Of a stretch of 64,000 bases of DNA, positions 26,278 to 38,925 are shown piece by piece. Source of the DNA: Nageia nagi (Eukaryota; Plantae; Pinophyta); contig JBITNC010000001.1 of the NCBI GenBank assembly GCA_050084985.1, positions 14,880,001-14,944,000 of the forward strand. The letters are read 5' to 3'. The notes beneath the pieces were generated by a model that saw only the letters and a list, made by a program, of their open reading frames with translations, was not told the origin of the DNA and searched no databases. Position 1 is the stretch's first letter, and each line of letters starts with the position of its first letter. A program made the position numbers and the translations under genes.

Positions 26278-27184
26278 ATGGTTTTCTTACAACTTCAACC
26301 ATACCGTCAAAAATCTCTCAAGATAAAGGGACCCTATAAATTAGCTCCAAAGTTTTATGGGCCTTACAAAATTCTTCAGTGTATTGGACCAACAAAATAT
26401 AATTTAGAGTTACCTATATCTTCAAAAGTTCATTTAGTATTCCATGTCTCTTATCTGAAGAAGGTAGTCATTTCACAAGTAAAATTTTAGACATAATTAC
26501 CTAAATTCAAAAAGGATGGGTCCATAATGGTTAAACTTGAAGAAATTTTAGAATGACACACTTGTTAACTTTGTAACTACACCATTACTAAAGTTCTTAT
26601 CTAATGAAATAAGTTGGAACTTGAGGACATGATTTAGGAGGTACTTCATCAACAATTTCCTTAGTTTTAGCTTTGAGGGTAAAGCTCCTTTCCAAAAAGG
26701 GTGGCATGTTAAGATCCCCTATCCTAACATTTAATTATTATTAGTAGTTTAATTAATTATAAACTTGTACTAGCTTGTAATGTGAACTATCATATTTTTG
26801 TAAGGTGAATCATCATATTGTAATGAAAAATCAATTATGGTAAAGAGAACATCATTATAAATATGTGTAAGAGGGATAGAGATAGAATCTTGTATAAATA
26901 TTTATAATAAGGAAGCCCCTTCAAAGAGGCCTATAATTTGTATTGTTATTCAGTAAACTTATCTTATTCTACTATATTCTTACAATTATGAATCACATTA
27001 CTTTCATATATGTTCTATTTGAATCACAAAGTTTTTATTTTTTGTATTTTGTTTCCATTTTGTATAATTTCCTTTTAAGATTTTTTGGGCTCATAACACA
27101 CATACGAGAAGAATACTTACAAATGTTATTGAATTTGGTCTAAAACCAATCAATTTTATTTTCTAAAAAAATTGAGGGATTACA

Positions 27185-27570
27185 AACCATGCTCTTTTTG
27201 TGCATATCCCATGATCATTGCATTATATGAGATTGTATTTCTTTAATGCATTTTCTTAAAAAGGTTCAATGCCTCATCAAGAAACCCATTTTGTGCATAG
27301 CTTGTAATTATTGCATTCCATAAGATTCTTTCTTTGTATTTCATTTCCTTAAAAATATTTTCAACTTTAAGAAGACTATTCTAGACATATCCTATAATCA
27401 TTGAATTTCATGAGATGGTATCTCTCTGCTACATTTCTTCAAATGTTACACAAGCTTTTTGTATATTCCCAAACATAGCATACATGTTTATAAAAGTATT
27501 AATCACACCAATATATGAGTGCAAACCACTTCTTATTATTTTTTGATGGATATCAACACACTCTACCATG
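27185..27570 (-). pseudogene. PLS-class pentatricopeptide repeat (PPR) gene fragment
   Basis: IHQKIIRSGL..NTFINMYAMFGNIQKA..FEEM.QRDTIS*NSMI.GY...ILWNAIITSYAQNGFLDEALNLFKKM..RNTISYNAMIMGYAQ; several stops; cut at 27184 by an LTR-like end GGGATTACA. Confidence 0.85.
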
Positions 27571-28641
27571 TCTCAATAGAGTTGGTGATTTAGTTCTGCA
27601 TGAGTTGAAGATATGTTGAAGAGTGAAAATTCAGGTTTGCAAGAGCATTAATATTTTTTTTAAATTATAAGAGGGTGGTTTTAAATGTATTTAAGAGCAA
27701 TTTAAAGTTGTACTTAAAGATATTTAAAATGATAATTTTTGGAGGAAATTTTTAGTCATCATATGTGGGTAAATTTTAACGATGCCCTCATATACAATGA
27801 CTAGAAAACCATCATTAAAAATATTTAAATATGGTTTTATTTCCACCCTTAAAGGCCAAATTTGGTGTAGATTAGTCCAAGGCTAGACCTATTTGGTACA
27901 TAGATTTAATGTATTGTACCTTCTATCAAACTAATGTACATGATACAAATTAAAATCACTAACTCAAATACCTTATCTAATACCTAATTTAATCTTGTAA
28001 CATATAGCTTGATATCTCCTTAGCCCATTCAAACTAAAACTTAAAAATCCTCCATAACCCTTTTCTCCAATATTAAGTAACATAAACTAATCTTATATCC
28101 AATCAATACCATATAGTAAACCCACCTAATGAAACCAATTTGGCTAACCATCTAGTTCCACATACTATATTTGTGGGGACCATTCATATTACCACACAAG
28201 GTCAAATATGATCCCATGGTCAAAATCCTTATCCTTCCAATCAAAACCTTGGTCCTAGTTACGACTCAAGTCGATCCAATCCTATTCCATTTTTTGAACA
28301 AGGGAGATCTCATTTATATATCTTGTTCCAATATTAACAACCACCCAAATTCATGATATACCAAGGGTATAATCTCAACTTCAACTAAGGCTTATCTATT
28401 ATTTTCATTCATTCCACTATCATGGACCAACTTAAGTATACCCCACTAAAATGTCCTTGTATAAGCTAGTCCAAACTTCACTATAACATCGATAAGCCTT
28501 GATTGAGTTATTAAAAATATTAAAATCTAATCTACTTATACCCAAGCATTTACCAATTTTATGGGAAACGTCCAAACAATCAATAAACCCATGATTTTCT
28601 TTTATAACCATGGAATTATATCAAACCACTCAAGTGAAAAT

Positions 28642-31600
28642 TATTAGAATATGATCTAGCATTATATGTATCTAGCATTTTCCTAAGTCTATGTAAGCAT
28701 AGATATTTAGATTTTGTTAGTCATAGCCTACTAATAGAGTCTGATGCTATTACTTTGGTCTGATGCTATTTTTTAGGTTTCTCTTTGCACTATAAAATAT
28801 AATCATTTTGAGAATAATATTAAGTTTTTTTCAGATTTCATATTTGGTATGAGAACAAGGTTATCCATCTCCGGATTGAAATCCTGCGGGCGTATAAACA
28901 TCATTATGTTTGTGTTGCAACTTAAGGAGAGGACGTGAAGGAGTTTTGTACTTCTCTGTCTGTGCGTGTTGCATCCTAAGGGAAGAGTATACTAGAGCCT
29001 GTGTGAAGAGAAGAAGCAGACCCGAGCCCATTTTGGCACCAGGAGATGTGTTCCAAAGAGGAATCCATGTGCATACTGACGATGCTCACGTCAGGTCACA
29101 ATGCCACCTGAATTGATATGGTTCGATCACTGCTATTGATAAGCACCAACATAGATAAGACTATTGTAAAATTTTGAAACCTGTAGAGGTGAAAATATCT
29201 GCAGAGCTCATGAAGAGGAGTCATTCCACAAGTAGACATCTCATTCTCTCATCAAAAGTCTATTACTATTCTCTTGAGTGCCAAAGTTTGTAGTTTTAAA
29301 AACAAAAGAGATTATGCAGCCTATGTGGAGTTATTGTAGCTACCACTGTACGTGAGAAAAAGAATACTAGATGTGAAGGTTTGTTGTTCCTTTCCTGAAA
29401 GGAGGTTGCTGTCAAATGTAAAGACTGGACATGGAGTTTGTTTTCAGTGGCTGCTGACAACATGGTCTATTGTTGTTCGCAAACGAATGTTTGGATACGT
29501 GCTTTTGTTGTTTTATAGTCCAACATTGTGAGAAGAGGGAAAGCCCGTGTTGTGCAAAAGTTTGCCAGCCCATGTTGGAAGAAGAACATGTAGTAAATGG
29601 TTGTTGCTGATTTTTGTTAATTTTCCTGCTTAACAACTATTGTTGCTGTTGAAATATGATGGCCACATGATCACAGAAGTCTACAAAGTTAAAAAAATAT
29701 ATATATGTTTTTTGAATTAGATATGCCTTCTCTACGTTTCGTGGAGACTGAGATCGAATCTGAAGTTGCTGCCCATGGGCTGAAATAACACGTCTACCGC
29801 TCGTCTATTACAGTTGTCCATTTGTTGGATGTCTGCTATTATTTGTTGCATACAAAGTCTAGTTTTCTTGTGAGCGGGCAGTCAAAAATAAGCCTACACT
29901 TTAAGAAGAACGTGAGGAGTTTAGTTGTTGCTATAATTGTGAAAGTCAAAGCTGTGTGTGAAGGAGTCTTGTTGATTTGTTGAGCAATGGCTGCAAACAA
30001 TAACAGTTTGCCTATTCCATAGTTCAAGGGTGAGAACTATGAGTATTGGTCCATCAGCATGAAGCATTTGCTCATCAACAAAAGTGCTTGAGAGATTGTG
30101 GAGGATGACTATGTAGAGCCTACTGATTTGAGTGTTGTTCCAGCTGCTAATAAAGCAACAATAAGAGAGGCACAAAAGAAGAATAGTTTGGCACTCTTCT
30201 ACTTGCAAGCAGCCTTGGATGAGATAATCTTTCCAAGGATTGCAAGTTGTGCTTCAGCTAAGGTAGCATGAAAAGATCTAAAAGAGAGCTATGAAGGCAA
30301 CACCCAAGTCAAGCAAATGAGATTACAAACTCTCAAAATGGAGTTTGAAAATCTCAGAATGAAGGAGGCTGAAAAAGTTGGAAACTATTGCATGAGAGCC
30401 AAAGCATGTGTTGACAAAATGAGAGCTTTTGGTGAAAAAGTGGAGAATGAAGTCATTGTAAAGAAAGTGTTAAGGACACTTTTTTCCAAATAGAGAGAAA
30501 TATCTATCATAATTGAGGAGACTAAGGATCTTACAAATCTCTCATATGATCAGCTTGTAGGTTCATTAATGTCTCATGAGGAAATATTTGACACTCCAAA
30601 TTTTTGGGGTATGGATGAAAAAGCCTTTACATCCAAAGAAGGTGAATCAAGTGCAAGAGGTAAAGGAAAAGGGAGAGGCAAATCTCCTTCAAGAGGTAGA
30701 GGAAGAGGTATATCAAGAGGTGAGAATCAAGGAAGAGGAAGAGGAGGTGACAAATTAAACAAGTCTTGCTATCATTGTGACAAATTTGGTCACTTTCCAA
30801 GAGATTGTAGACTCAAGGCTTCTCAAGAAGGGAGAGGTAATAATTATGGAAACTATGGTGAAGAGGAAGGGACTTCAAATTTGTTCCTTACCTATGGAAA
30901 ATCATATCAAAATCTCAAAGAAACTTGGTTTTTGGATTCTGGTTGCTCAAATCATATGAGTGGCAAAGAAGAATTATTTGCTACAATGGATTCCACATTC
31001 AAGTTAAAAATCAAATTAGGAGATGATAAGGCACTACAAGTTGAAGGCATGGGAGCCATGGAGGTTCCAAAAAATGAAGGCACAAAGAAGATAAATAATA
31101 TTTATTACACTCCTAACCTCAAGCATAATTTGATTAATACAGGACAAATGATGGAAAAGAACTATAGGCTTATTTTTAAAGATGGAAAATGTGTAATTTT
31201 TGATAAAAACAATTTTAATAGAATTATCACACAAGTGCCTATGATAAAGAATAGGTTGTGTCCTCTTAAATTTGGAAAACAAGGAGGTACTCAACTTGCT
31301 AATGTAGACATTGAAAATCCAAGTATACTTTGGCACTTGAGATAAGGTCATCTTAATTATGCAAGCTTGAAGTTGTTAACTTCTCAAGCTATGGTGTGTG
31401 GACTACCAAAAGTTGAAGAGCACAAGGATGTTTGTGAAGGATATGCTTTGGGAAAGCACTCAAGAACAAAGTTTCCCAGAGGTGAAGCATAGAGAGCAAG
31501 CCATCCCCTACAATTGGTAAATTTGGATATTTATGGTCCAATGAAAACCAAAAGCATGGATAACAATACTTACTTTCTTACCTTCATAAATGATTACTCT

Positions 31601-34356
31601 CGATATTGTTGAATTTATTTTTTGACATCTAAAAGATGAAGCTTTTGAATAATTTCAAGATTTCAAGAATAATGTAGAGAATCAAGATGGCTATGTGATC
31701 AAATCTTTGAGGATAGATATAGGAGGGGAGTTTTGTTCAAATGCGTTTCTCCAATTTTGTAAAGAATGTGGGATCAAACAACAACTAACAACTGCCTATA
31801 CCCCACAACAGAATGATGTGGCTAAAAGGAAGAACTACACTATTGTAGAAATTGATAGATCAATGCTCCAAACAAAGAAGCTAAGTAACATGCATTGGAC
31901 TGATACTATTAGAATAAGTGTTTACATTTTGAATAGGAGTCCCACTTCTAGTTTAGATGGGATAACTCCCTATGAGGGATGGTATGGAAAAAAGCCAAAT
32001 GTACGTAAAACACTTCAAAGTTTTTGGTTATCTTGCATATGCTCATATTCCTAATGAACAAATGAGGAAACTTGAACCCAAGATTCAAGCATGTATATTC
32101 ATTGGGTATAGTGAATCTTTAAAGGCATATAGACTCTACGATCCAAAAACACACAAAGTTATAATCTCAAGAGATGTAATTTTTTATGAAGGGGGAATAT
32201 GGGATCATAAAAAACACTTTGTTGATGATGGATCTCAAGATGAAAGTTCCTCCCAAGTGCAGTCCATTGCCAAGAACAACAATACAAGTCCTCCTCCAAG
32301 TCCAAAGAAGAGGTTTACTTCAAGTACACTAAGTACTAATACAAATTATCCACAAGGACCACCAAGAGCATCAAGTTCTTCTCCAATGCAAATGGAAGAA
32401 GATACACCATGATCACCAAGAGGTAAAAGAACACTCGAATATCATCCTTCTTTCCAAATGTTGGATAAAAAATTTCAAAGAAGATACACTAAGAACCAAG
32501 TTAATGACATGAATGAAGTCTTGAAAAGACTTGAAACATTTGCACATGCATGGTGATGAAGAGTCTTAGGATCCTAAGGGAGATATTGTAAACTATGCTT
32601 TAGTGACTAGTGTAGAGCTAGGGCCATCTAGTTATGAAAAAGCATGTAATCATGATTTATGGCAACAAGCTATGAAAGAGGAAATGAACTCCATAAAAAA
32701 GAATGATACATGGGAGCTAGTGGAGCTTCCTAAGGGAAAGAAATGTATTGGATGTAAATGGTTCTATAAAACCAAGATCAATGCTGATAGAAGCATTGAA
32801 AGACACAAGGTAAGACTAGTAGCAAAAGGGTTTATTCAAAAGCATGGGATTGACTATGAGAAACCTTTGCTCCTATGCCAAGGCAAGAGATCATTAGACT
32901 AATACTTTCTTTGGCTATCCACAAATGTGGAACATTCATCATATGGATGTTAAAAGTGCTTTTCTAAATGGGTACTTGAATGAAGAGGCTTTTGTGCAAC
33001 AACCTCAAGGTTTTTAAGAACAAGGTAAGGGAAATCTTATCTACAAAATTAAGAAAGCATTATATGGGCTGAAATAGGCACCAAGAGCATGGTACTCTCG
33101 CATTGATGGCTACTTTCAGAACTATGGATTCACTAGGAGCAAAAGTGAACCCTCCCACTACTACATGAATAAAGGTAAAGACATCCTTCTTGTTTGTTTA
33201 TGTGTGGATGACCTTATATTCATGTGTAGTAATGCTAAAATGAATGAGGAGTTCAAAAAATCCATGATGCAAGAGTTTGAAATGAAGGATCTAGGTTTGA
33301 TGAATTACTTCCTAGGAATGGAGGTATATCAAAAGAAAAATGAGATCTTCATATGTCAATTCAAATATGCTCAAAACATGATAAACAAATTTACCATGGA
33401 GAAGTGCAAGCTAGTTGCAACTCCAATAGGGCATGGGATACAACTAAGAAAAGATGATGGAGCATCAAAAGTTAATAAGACCATTTACAGAAGCATGGTT
33501 GGGAGTTTGATGTTTCTCACCAACATAAGGCTAGATATTCAGTATGTTATTTCTTTAGTATCAAGGTTTATGGTTGATCCATCTGAACTACACCTTCAAG
33601 CAAGTAAAAGAATTTTGAGATATGTAAATAGTACAATAGATTATGGGATTCATTACCATCAAAATGATGATGTAAAGTTAGTTCGCTTTAATGATAGTGA
33701 TTGGGGAAGCAACATAGATGATAGGAAATCTACTTTAAGGAATTGTTTTAGTCTTGGGTCTGGGCTAATCACTTGGAGTTCCAAAAAGCCAACCATAGTA
33801 GCACTATCATCTACTGAGGCTAAGTACATAGCACTTACCACTGCTAGTGCCCAAACCATATGGCTAAGAAAGGTTCTTGAAGAAATAGGAGAACAAAGAA
33901 ATGGGCCTACCATATTGTATTGTGATAATATGAGTTCCATTCAATTGGCATATAATCCTATCCACCATAGCAGGTCAAAGCACTTCGACATGAAGTATCA
34001 TTTCATCGTAGACATGGTGGAGAAAAATGTGATTGAGCTCTGGCATTGCAGCACTTTAGACAACATAGTGGACATCTTCACCAAAGGAGTTACTAAAGCT
34101 TAATATTTAAAGATGAGAGACTGTTTGGTTAGCCATCTCAACTTTAAGGGGATAATGTTAGAATATGATCTAGCATTATATGTATCTAGCATTTTCCTAA
34201 GTCTATGTAGGCATAGATATTTAGATTTTGTTATTCATAGCGTATGAATAGAGTTTGGTGCTATTACTTTGGTTTGGTGCTATTTTTTAGGTTGCTCTTT
34301 GCACTATAAAATGTAATCATTTTGAGAATAATATTATGTTCTTTTAAGATTTCATA
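28642..34356 (+). mobile_element. Full-length decayed Ty1/copia (Ivana/Ale-like) with 201-bp LTRs
   Basis: LTRs 28642-28842 and 34156-34356 (about 15 differences by eye); TSD AAAAT; PBS TGGTATGAGA(A)C; PPT AAGGGGATAA. Confidence 0.95.
29987..34103 (+). pseudogene. Copia gag-pol (Gag, CCHC knuckle, PR, INT, RT, RNase H)
   Basis: FKGENYEYWSI; CYHCDKFGHFPRDC; WFLDSGCSNHM; YTPQQND; CKWFYKTK..RLVAKGF; VDDL; DSDWG..DDRKST; SSTEAKY; RSKHFDMKYHF; stops and frameshifts. Confidence 0.95.
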
Positions 34357-34449
34357 AAAATAAAGATAACCCTTTATACATTATTACGAAAATCAATAAC
34401 AAAATATTTAAAAGAGTTTATCTCTAGCCTAAACAACATTTGCCTTACC

Positions 34450-36645
34450 ACCTTGAAGAAACTTGGTATTTTTATTAACATTATCATATAACATAATATT
34501 ACCTTGAGAGCCTTCATTGATTCCCTGTATCCAATATTGAGTATAGTTATTCTTTCTATAATCATCAAAACCAAAATACTACATATTCAATTTTATGTAA
34601 TTGAATGTTAATTACAATATAACATTTTTCTTGGGCAATATTTGATTCATGAAATGTGTTGTATTCCCTCTACTTTACATTGTTTCTTAAAGTATGAACA
34701 CAATGGAACTATCCATAGTATACTTGTTGATCCTAGACTTGAATGTTGCAATTATATGAATACATTTATGAGGACCCTATACTCTTAAACTAATTAACTT
34801 TGACTTAATCATCAAACCAAGCCTCTACATCTAAACAACCCATTGTTATCCCTTGTTCCTTAAAATGGAAGGAGGATATCCACATTATGAACTTTAGAGT
34901 AAGAAAATACAAGATCTTTGAAACACCCCTAGCTATCTAGAATGTCAAAGACATGGATTTCCCTTATATTTAAAAGTCTTATCAACCAAATAAGAGGATC
35001 ATACTTAAATTTATAATTCTACCCACCCAAATAGATCTGGTCTATGAGGAACTCAATCAAGACATCCTTTAATCATGTGAATCCATCGCCTTAACAATCT
35101 TATAAGAATACTTCCAATAATATAGACAAAAGAGATTTATCTTAGGAAAATATATGCGTGACTCAAGATATCCTATTGAACTCTAATATTAAGAACCCTT
35201 TGATAAGATTAAACTCAAATTCAAGGATAAGCCATATGACATAATTTCAAAGCCTTTGTTGAATTATTTCTTAAGCATGATAATTATGATGAAGATAATC
35301 CTATACTTGATAAAGATTATTAAATAGAAATAAATAACAATGTCGCCATTCCTCCTACATTTTTCTACATTAATAACATCATAGAAAAATTAGGGTTATT
35401 AACCTATTTGTTAATAATTAATTCTAAATCATACATCATGTTAATAAATAATTTATTTAATAAATCATATTTAGACTTCTTAAATGACTTAATGCAATAT
35501 TACATATGTCAAGATAAAGTTGATATTACAATGCAATGACATGTGTTATATTAAATGTTATACTATTTATCATGGTTTATATTTTAAAGTATCTTAAATA
35601 TAACAAAGTTTATATTATTGCTAGAGGTCAGCCTTCACTCCTTTTTATGTCCTTACAGGTTATATGCGAGTGGAATCAACTGACCTCCACAGATTGTAAC
35701 TCTTTGATATGACAAGATCTTTGATAGGTGGTTGTCTTCTGCTATCTTCATCAAGCAACAATGTCTCTTGATGTGACATATTATGAGAAATTGTTATACT
35801 CTGAGACTTTCTTTCTTTTGTGCATGGTATAATTCGACATATCATATGTAGTTAACGATGTGCTTCTCTTAGGCTATTAATAGCGTGCTTCTCTTAGGCT
35901 GTCAATGATGTGCATCTTCTAGATTAAGGGTTTTAGATGTTGGTGGTAAAGTCTATTGATTCATACATGCAAAGATCCATCACAAGCTCACCTCTAATCT
36001 GATCCCAATCCTTAGAAGATTCATTGTTATCTACTTTCGACGATTGTACATACACTTCATATCAAGCGCATGCTTTTTATGTATATTTGTTGTATCTGAT
36101 ATAGTGTACATATCTAACTCTTCTTTTATTGTAGATCATTTTATTTATCATGTATATTCATATTTTACACAATTTAGAGTCTACAGAACCCATCATAATT
36201 GGTCATTTTCACAAAATGAATATATAATCCTAACCCTCCTCAATGTTTGAAACCATATTCTTCCTAGAGATCATCATTGTCAATTTTATCTAACTCTCCA
36301 TCATTATGCTTATTTTAGAGAGGAAATATTTGACCATGATATCCTACAACATGACATGGAAACATGGTTTTGATATCAATTTGATGACCAATCCCCCATG
36401 CTCAATGAGGGGTTTATCAAAATTACTATAAGAACATCTAAAGATAAGAAGCTTGTGCAAATTGGTCAATCATTGGCCTTAGAAGAATAAGAATAGTTTG
36501 TACAACTATTAAAGGGTTGCATCAAAATTTTCACTTGGTCATATACTAACATACTAAGAATTGATCCTTCCATCGTATTCCATAACATCATAGTAAAAAA
36601 GGAAGCAAAAACTTTATAAAATGCACCCCAAGGTTTCTCTTCTAT
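34450..36645 (+). mobile_element. Very decayed Tat/Ogre pol fragment (protease region to RT start)
   Basis: Near 36450-36640: LVQIGQSL..EE...VQLLK..IKIFTWSY......IDPSIV.HNI......K..MHPKV, matching the pre-RT segment also seen at window position 1-90. Confidence 0.55.
35400..36185 (+). mobile_element. LTR copy (probably solo) of the 25534-26277 family, in the opposite orientation
   Basis: Reverse-complement match (taaatcatatttagacttct, ggtcagccttcactcc, acaatttagagtctaca). Left end is uncertain and no TSD was found. Confidence 0.75.
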
Positions 36646-36649
36646 GATA

Positions 36650-38240
36650 ATAATATTCCTTTAAGTATCGAAAGGTTCCATAGGGTCCAAAGTCTTCTAG
36701 AGTTTTCATTATCTTATACAGTTTCAATTTATTCAATTTTCCATATTGCATTTTTAACGAAGGTGATTTTATCTACTTGAATTTTTGAGTCTTGAATGAA
36801 GATTAGGATATATGGATTAATTTCTTTGCACATGTTTCTTAGTATTCTTTATCTAGGGGTGGAGTTGTAACCCCTTATGTTCCAACTTAGAATCTTCAAT
36901 TGTTACCTTTTGAGGTCAGTTTGGCCCTACTTTTCTTTAAAGTGCATTAGGTGCGTTGCTTTATCTTTTGCAATTTCTCTTATTTTGATTATGGATTTAG
37001 AGGGTATTCCTTTTGGATATTTCCCCATATCTATCATCTTTTATGAATATCTTGTTAGCTTGGTTATGGTGTTTTCTCTTTTATAAGAGTGTTGAGTTCC
37101 ATTGGATTGCTTTCCTCTTATTTATTTTATATTCTTCCAGTTTAGTAATCTTACTTTCTTAGGTGGTTTTGTTTCATTATCTTTGTCAACATTTGTGTTT
37201 GAGTCTTCTATTTATGTTGTAGCATTCTTATCTTTTACATTGATCCTTAAAACAATTTCTCACTTGTAGCTGGTGTTATGTTGGGGATGGCTCTTCCCTC
37301 ATTTGTGTCTCTATTTTGTCTTCCTTGATTTCACCTTCTTCCCCTTTTTCTTCATTATCAAGGAGATGGAAAGGAATTTTTGACTTATTCATGGTCCTAT
37401 CATTTTCTTGGGATATTTCATTATTTTTTCTCTTCCAAACTTGCCTTGGAATGTTTTTCCATTCATTTGGTGCCATTGGTTCCTTCTTTGAACATTCATT
37501 TGCCATATATCCCATTTTCTTGCAAAGATTGCATCTTGGAGATAAGTTTTCATATTTGATCCTTTATTTCCATGAACCATCCTCTAAGTCAAGTATAATT
37601 CAATTAGGTAGTTTCTTGGGGAGGTATACATTTATGTAGAATCTAACTACCATCATTATGCTCTTTTCCCTAGTTATTGTATCAGTTGTTACTAATGATG
37701 AATGACTCTTGCAATACTTTCAATGATATTAATATTCTATAATTTGATTAGTAAGTTTAGAAGAGTAACCCTTATTGGAGCAATATGGATGTTTTCAATT
37801 TTAGGGTGAAATCCCTTGTACATTCACTTAAAAAACTTTTTTTATTAGATAACTATGGTCCTTTCTCAAGGCTATTGTTTGCATCATTTACTTGATTCAA
37901 ATTGAAAAGCAAAAAATCTTTATGAAGTGCAACAATACCTATCCAACCTTTGATATGCCATTTTTCTCTTGCCCATTTCCAAATTATATTGATATTAGGC
38001 CTTAATCCAAAAAAATTGTTAATTAAGGAATTCCTTTTGTTGGTAGACTCTTGATCAATGATAACTTTAGGGATGAAAATTCTAGCAACAATATTTTTTA
38101 CATGTGATTCAATCAAGACTTCTTTGATTATTTCCTCACTCCAATCTCTTTTTAAGGATGTTTACCTAAAACATACCTAAATAGCCATTTCCATAGTTAA
38201 ATCTCCATATTATTGCTTGATTATAGCTTTACTTCACTTT
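36650..38240 (-). mobile_element. L1-type LINE ORF1 relic (DUF4283-like RRM region plus zinc knuckle); no ORF2
   Basis: FFGLRPNINIIWKWAREKW......IVAL.KDFLLF.......N.LEKGP; CNLCKKMGYMANEC (decayed CCHC); QVWKRK. Confidence 0.8.
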
Positions 38241-38439
38241 TGCTACAATTTTACTTCACTTTGTGTGGCATGAAAAATTACAACCGTAAAAATAGATGAA
38301 AAAAAAAACGCATACAATGATAAATTTGTCAATAACTACAATTGTTTCAAACAATAATTCTACAATTACTTTTTAACCTTATTTTTTTAGATATTAAGAT
38401 AATTGTACAAGTTTTCAGTATTAAAGGATTATTATCTTC

Positions 38440-38925
38440 TTGAAATAGGCCCGGCTTAAGACACTATCTCCAAATAATAAATAGGCACCGACAACCAAAC
38501 CTCATTACTTACCCAATAAATGCAATTAAGTATCCCAATTAAAAACTAGTTAATAATAGATACGAAATCTGGTGAAATTAAATTTACCCTTAGCAAAACA
38601 CGTTGCCGATTTAGCCGGGCATTCGAGGTAGAAAATTTGGTATTTTACTTTTTTCCAAGCACGCACTGCAAGCTTGCAAACTTCAGTTTTCTTGCATTGC
38701 ATGCAGAAAGAAAACTCCCACCACACTTGCAGAGACACGTTGCATTGCATTGCAGCAGCCCACATACTCGCGCGCACACCTCTCTCTCTCTCTATACCTC
38801 TTCAATATACACATTCTACGTAGCTCCAAACAGACAACTCTCTCTATATTATATTGCAGACCGAACAGGAGATGTAGGAGGGCAAACAGAAGCCTTTGGA
38901 GCAGCAAATTATATGCATTGTGAAG
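38440..38925 (+). promoter_or_regulatory. Probable promoter/5' UTR of the helicase gene
   Basis: CpGs are retained, unlike the flanking TEs; GGCCC site-II-like motif; two CACGTTG boxes (~38599, ~38735); CT-repeat at ~38780; TATA-like tatattata at ~38845. Confidence 0.55.

Larger units (their letters stand above)
21900..26984 (+). mobile_element. Heavily decayed chromoviral Ty3/gypsy (Reina-like): gag, PR, RT, RH, partly deleted INT, chromodomain, short 3' LTR
   Basis: gag KLHFPKFDG..W; PR VLIDLGSTYNFI; RT DKFPIPII, HYEFLVMPF.LTNAPSTF; INT IMVVVDRISKYA, VSDQDPTFT; VFLQLQPYRQ..KLAPKFYGPY..FHVS.LKK. PPT AAAAGGGTGGCA, then 3' LTR TGTTAAGA...TCTTACA at 26707-26984. 5' LTR and PBS not found. Confidence 0.85.

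Noticed and set aside
21461-27184. Solo LTR (TGTAATACCC...GGGATTACA) hosting the chromovirus
   Set aside because: The termini look right but the flanks (CATAT vs AACCA) give no TSD, and there is no second copy to align
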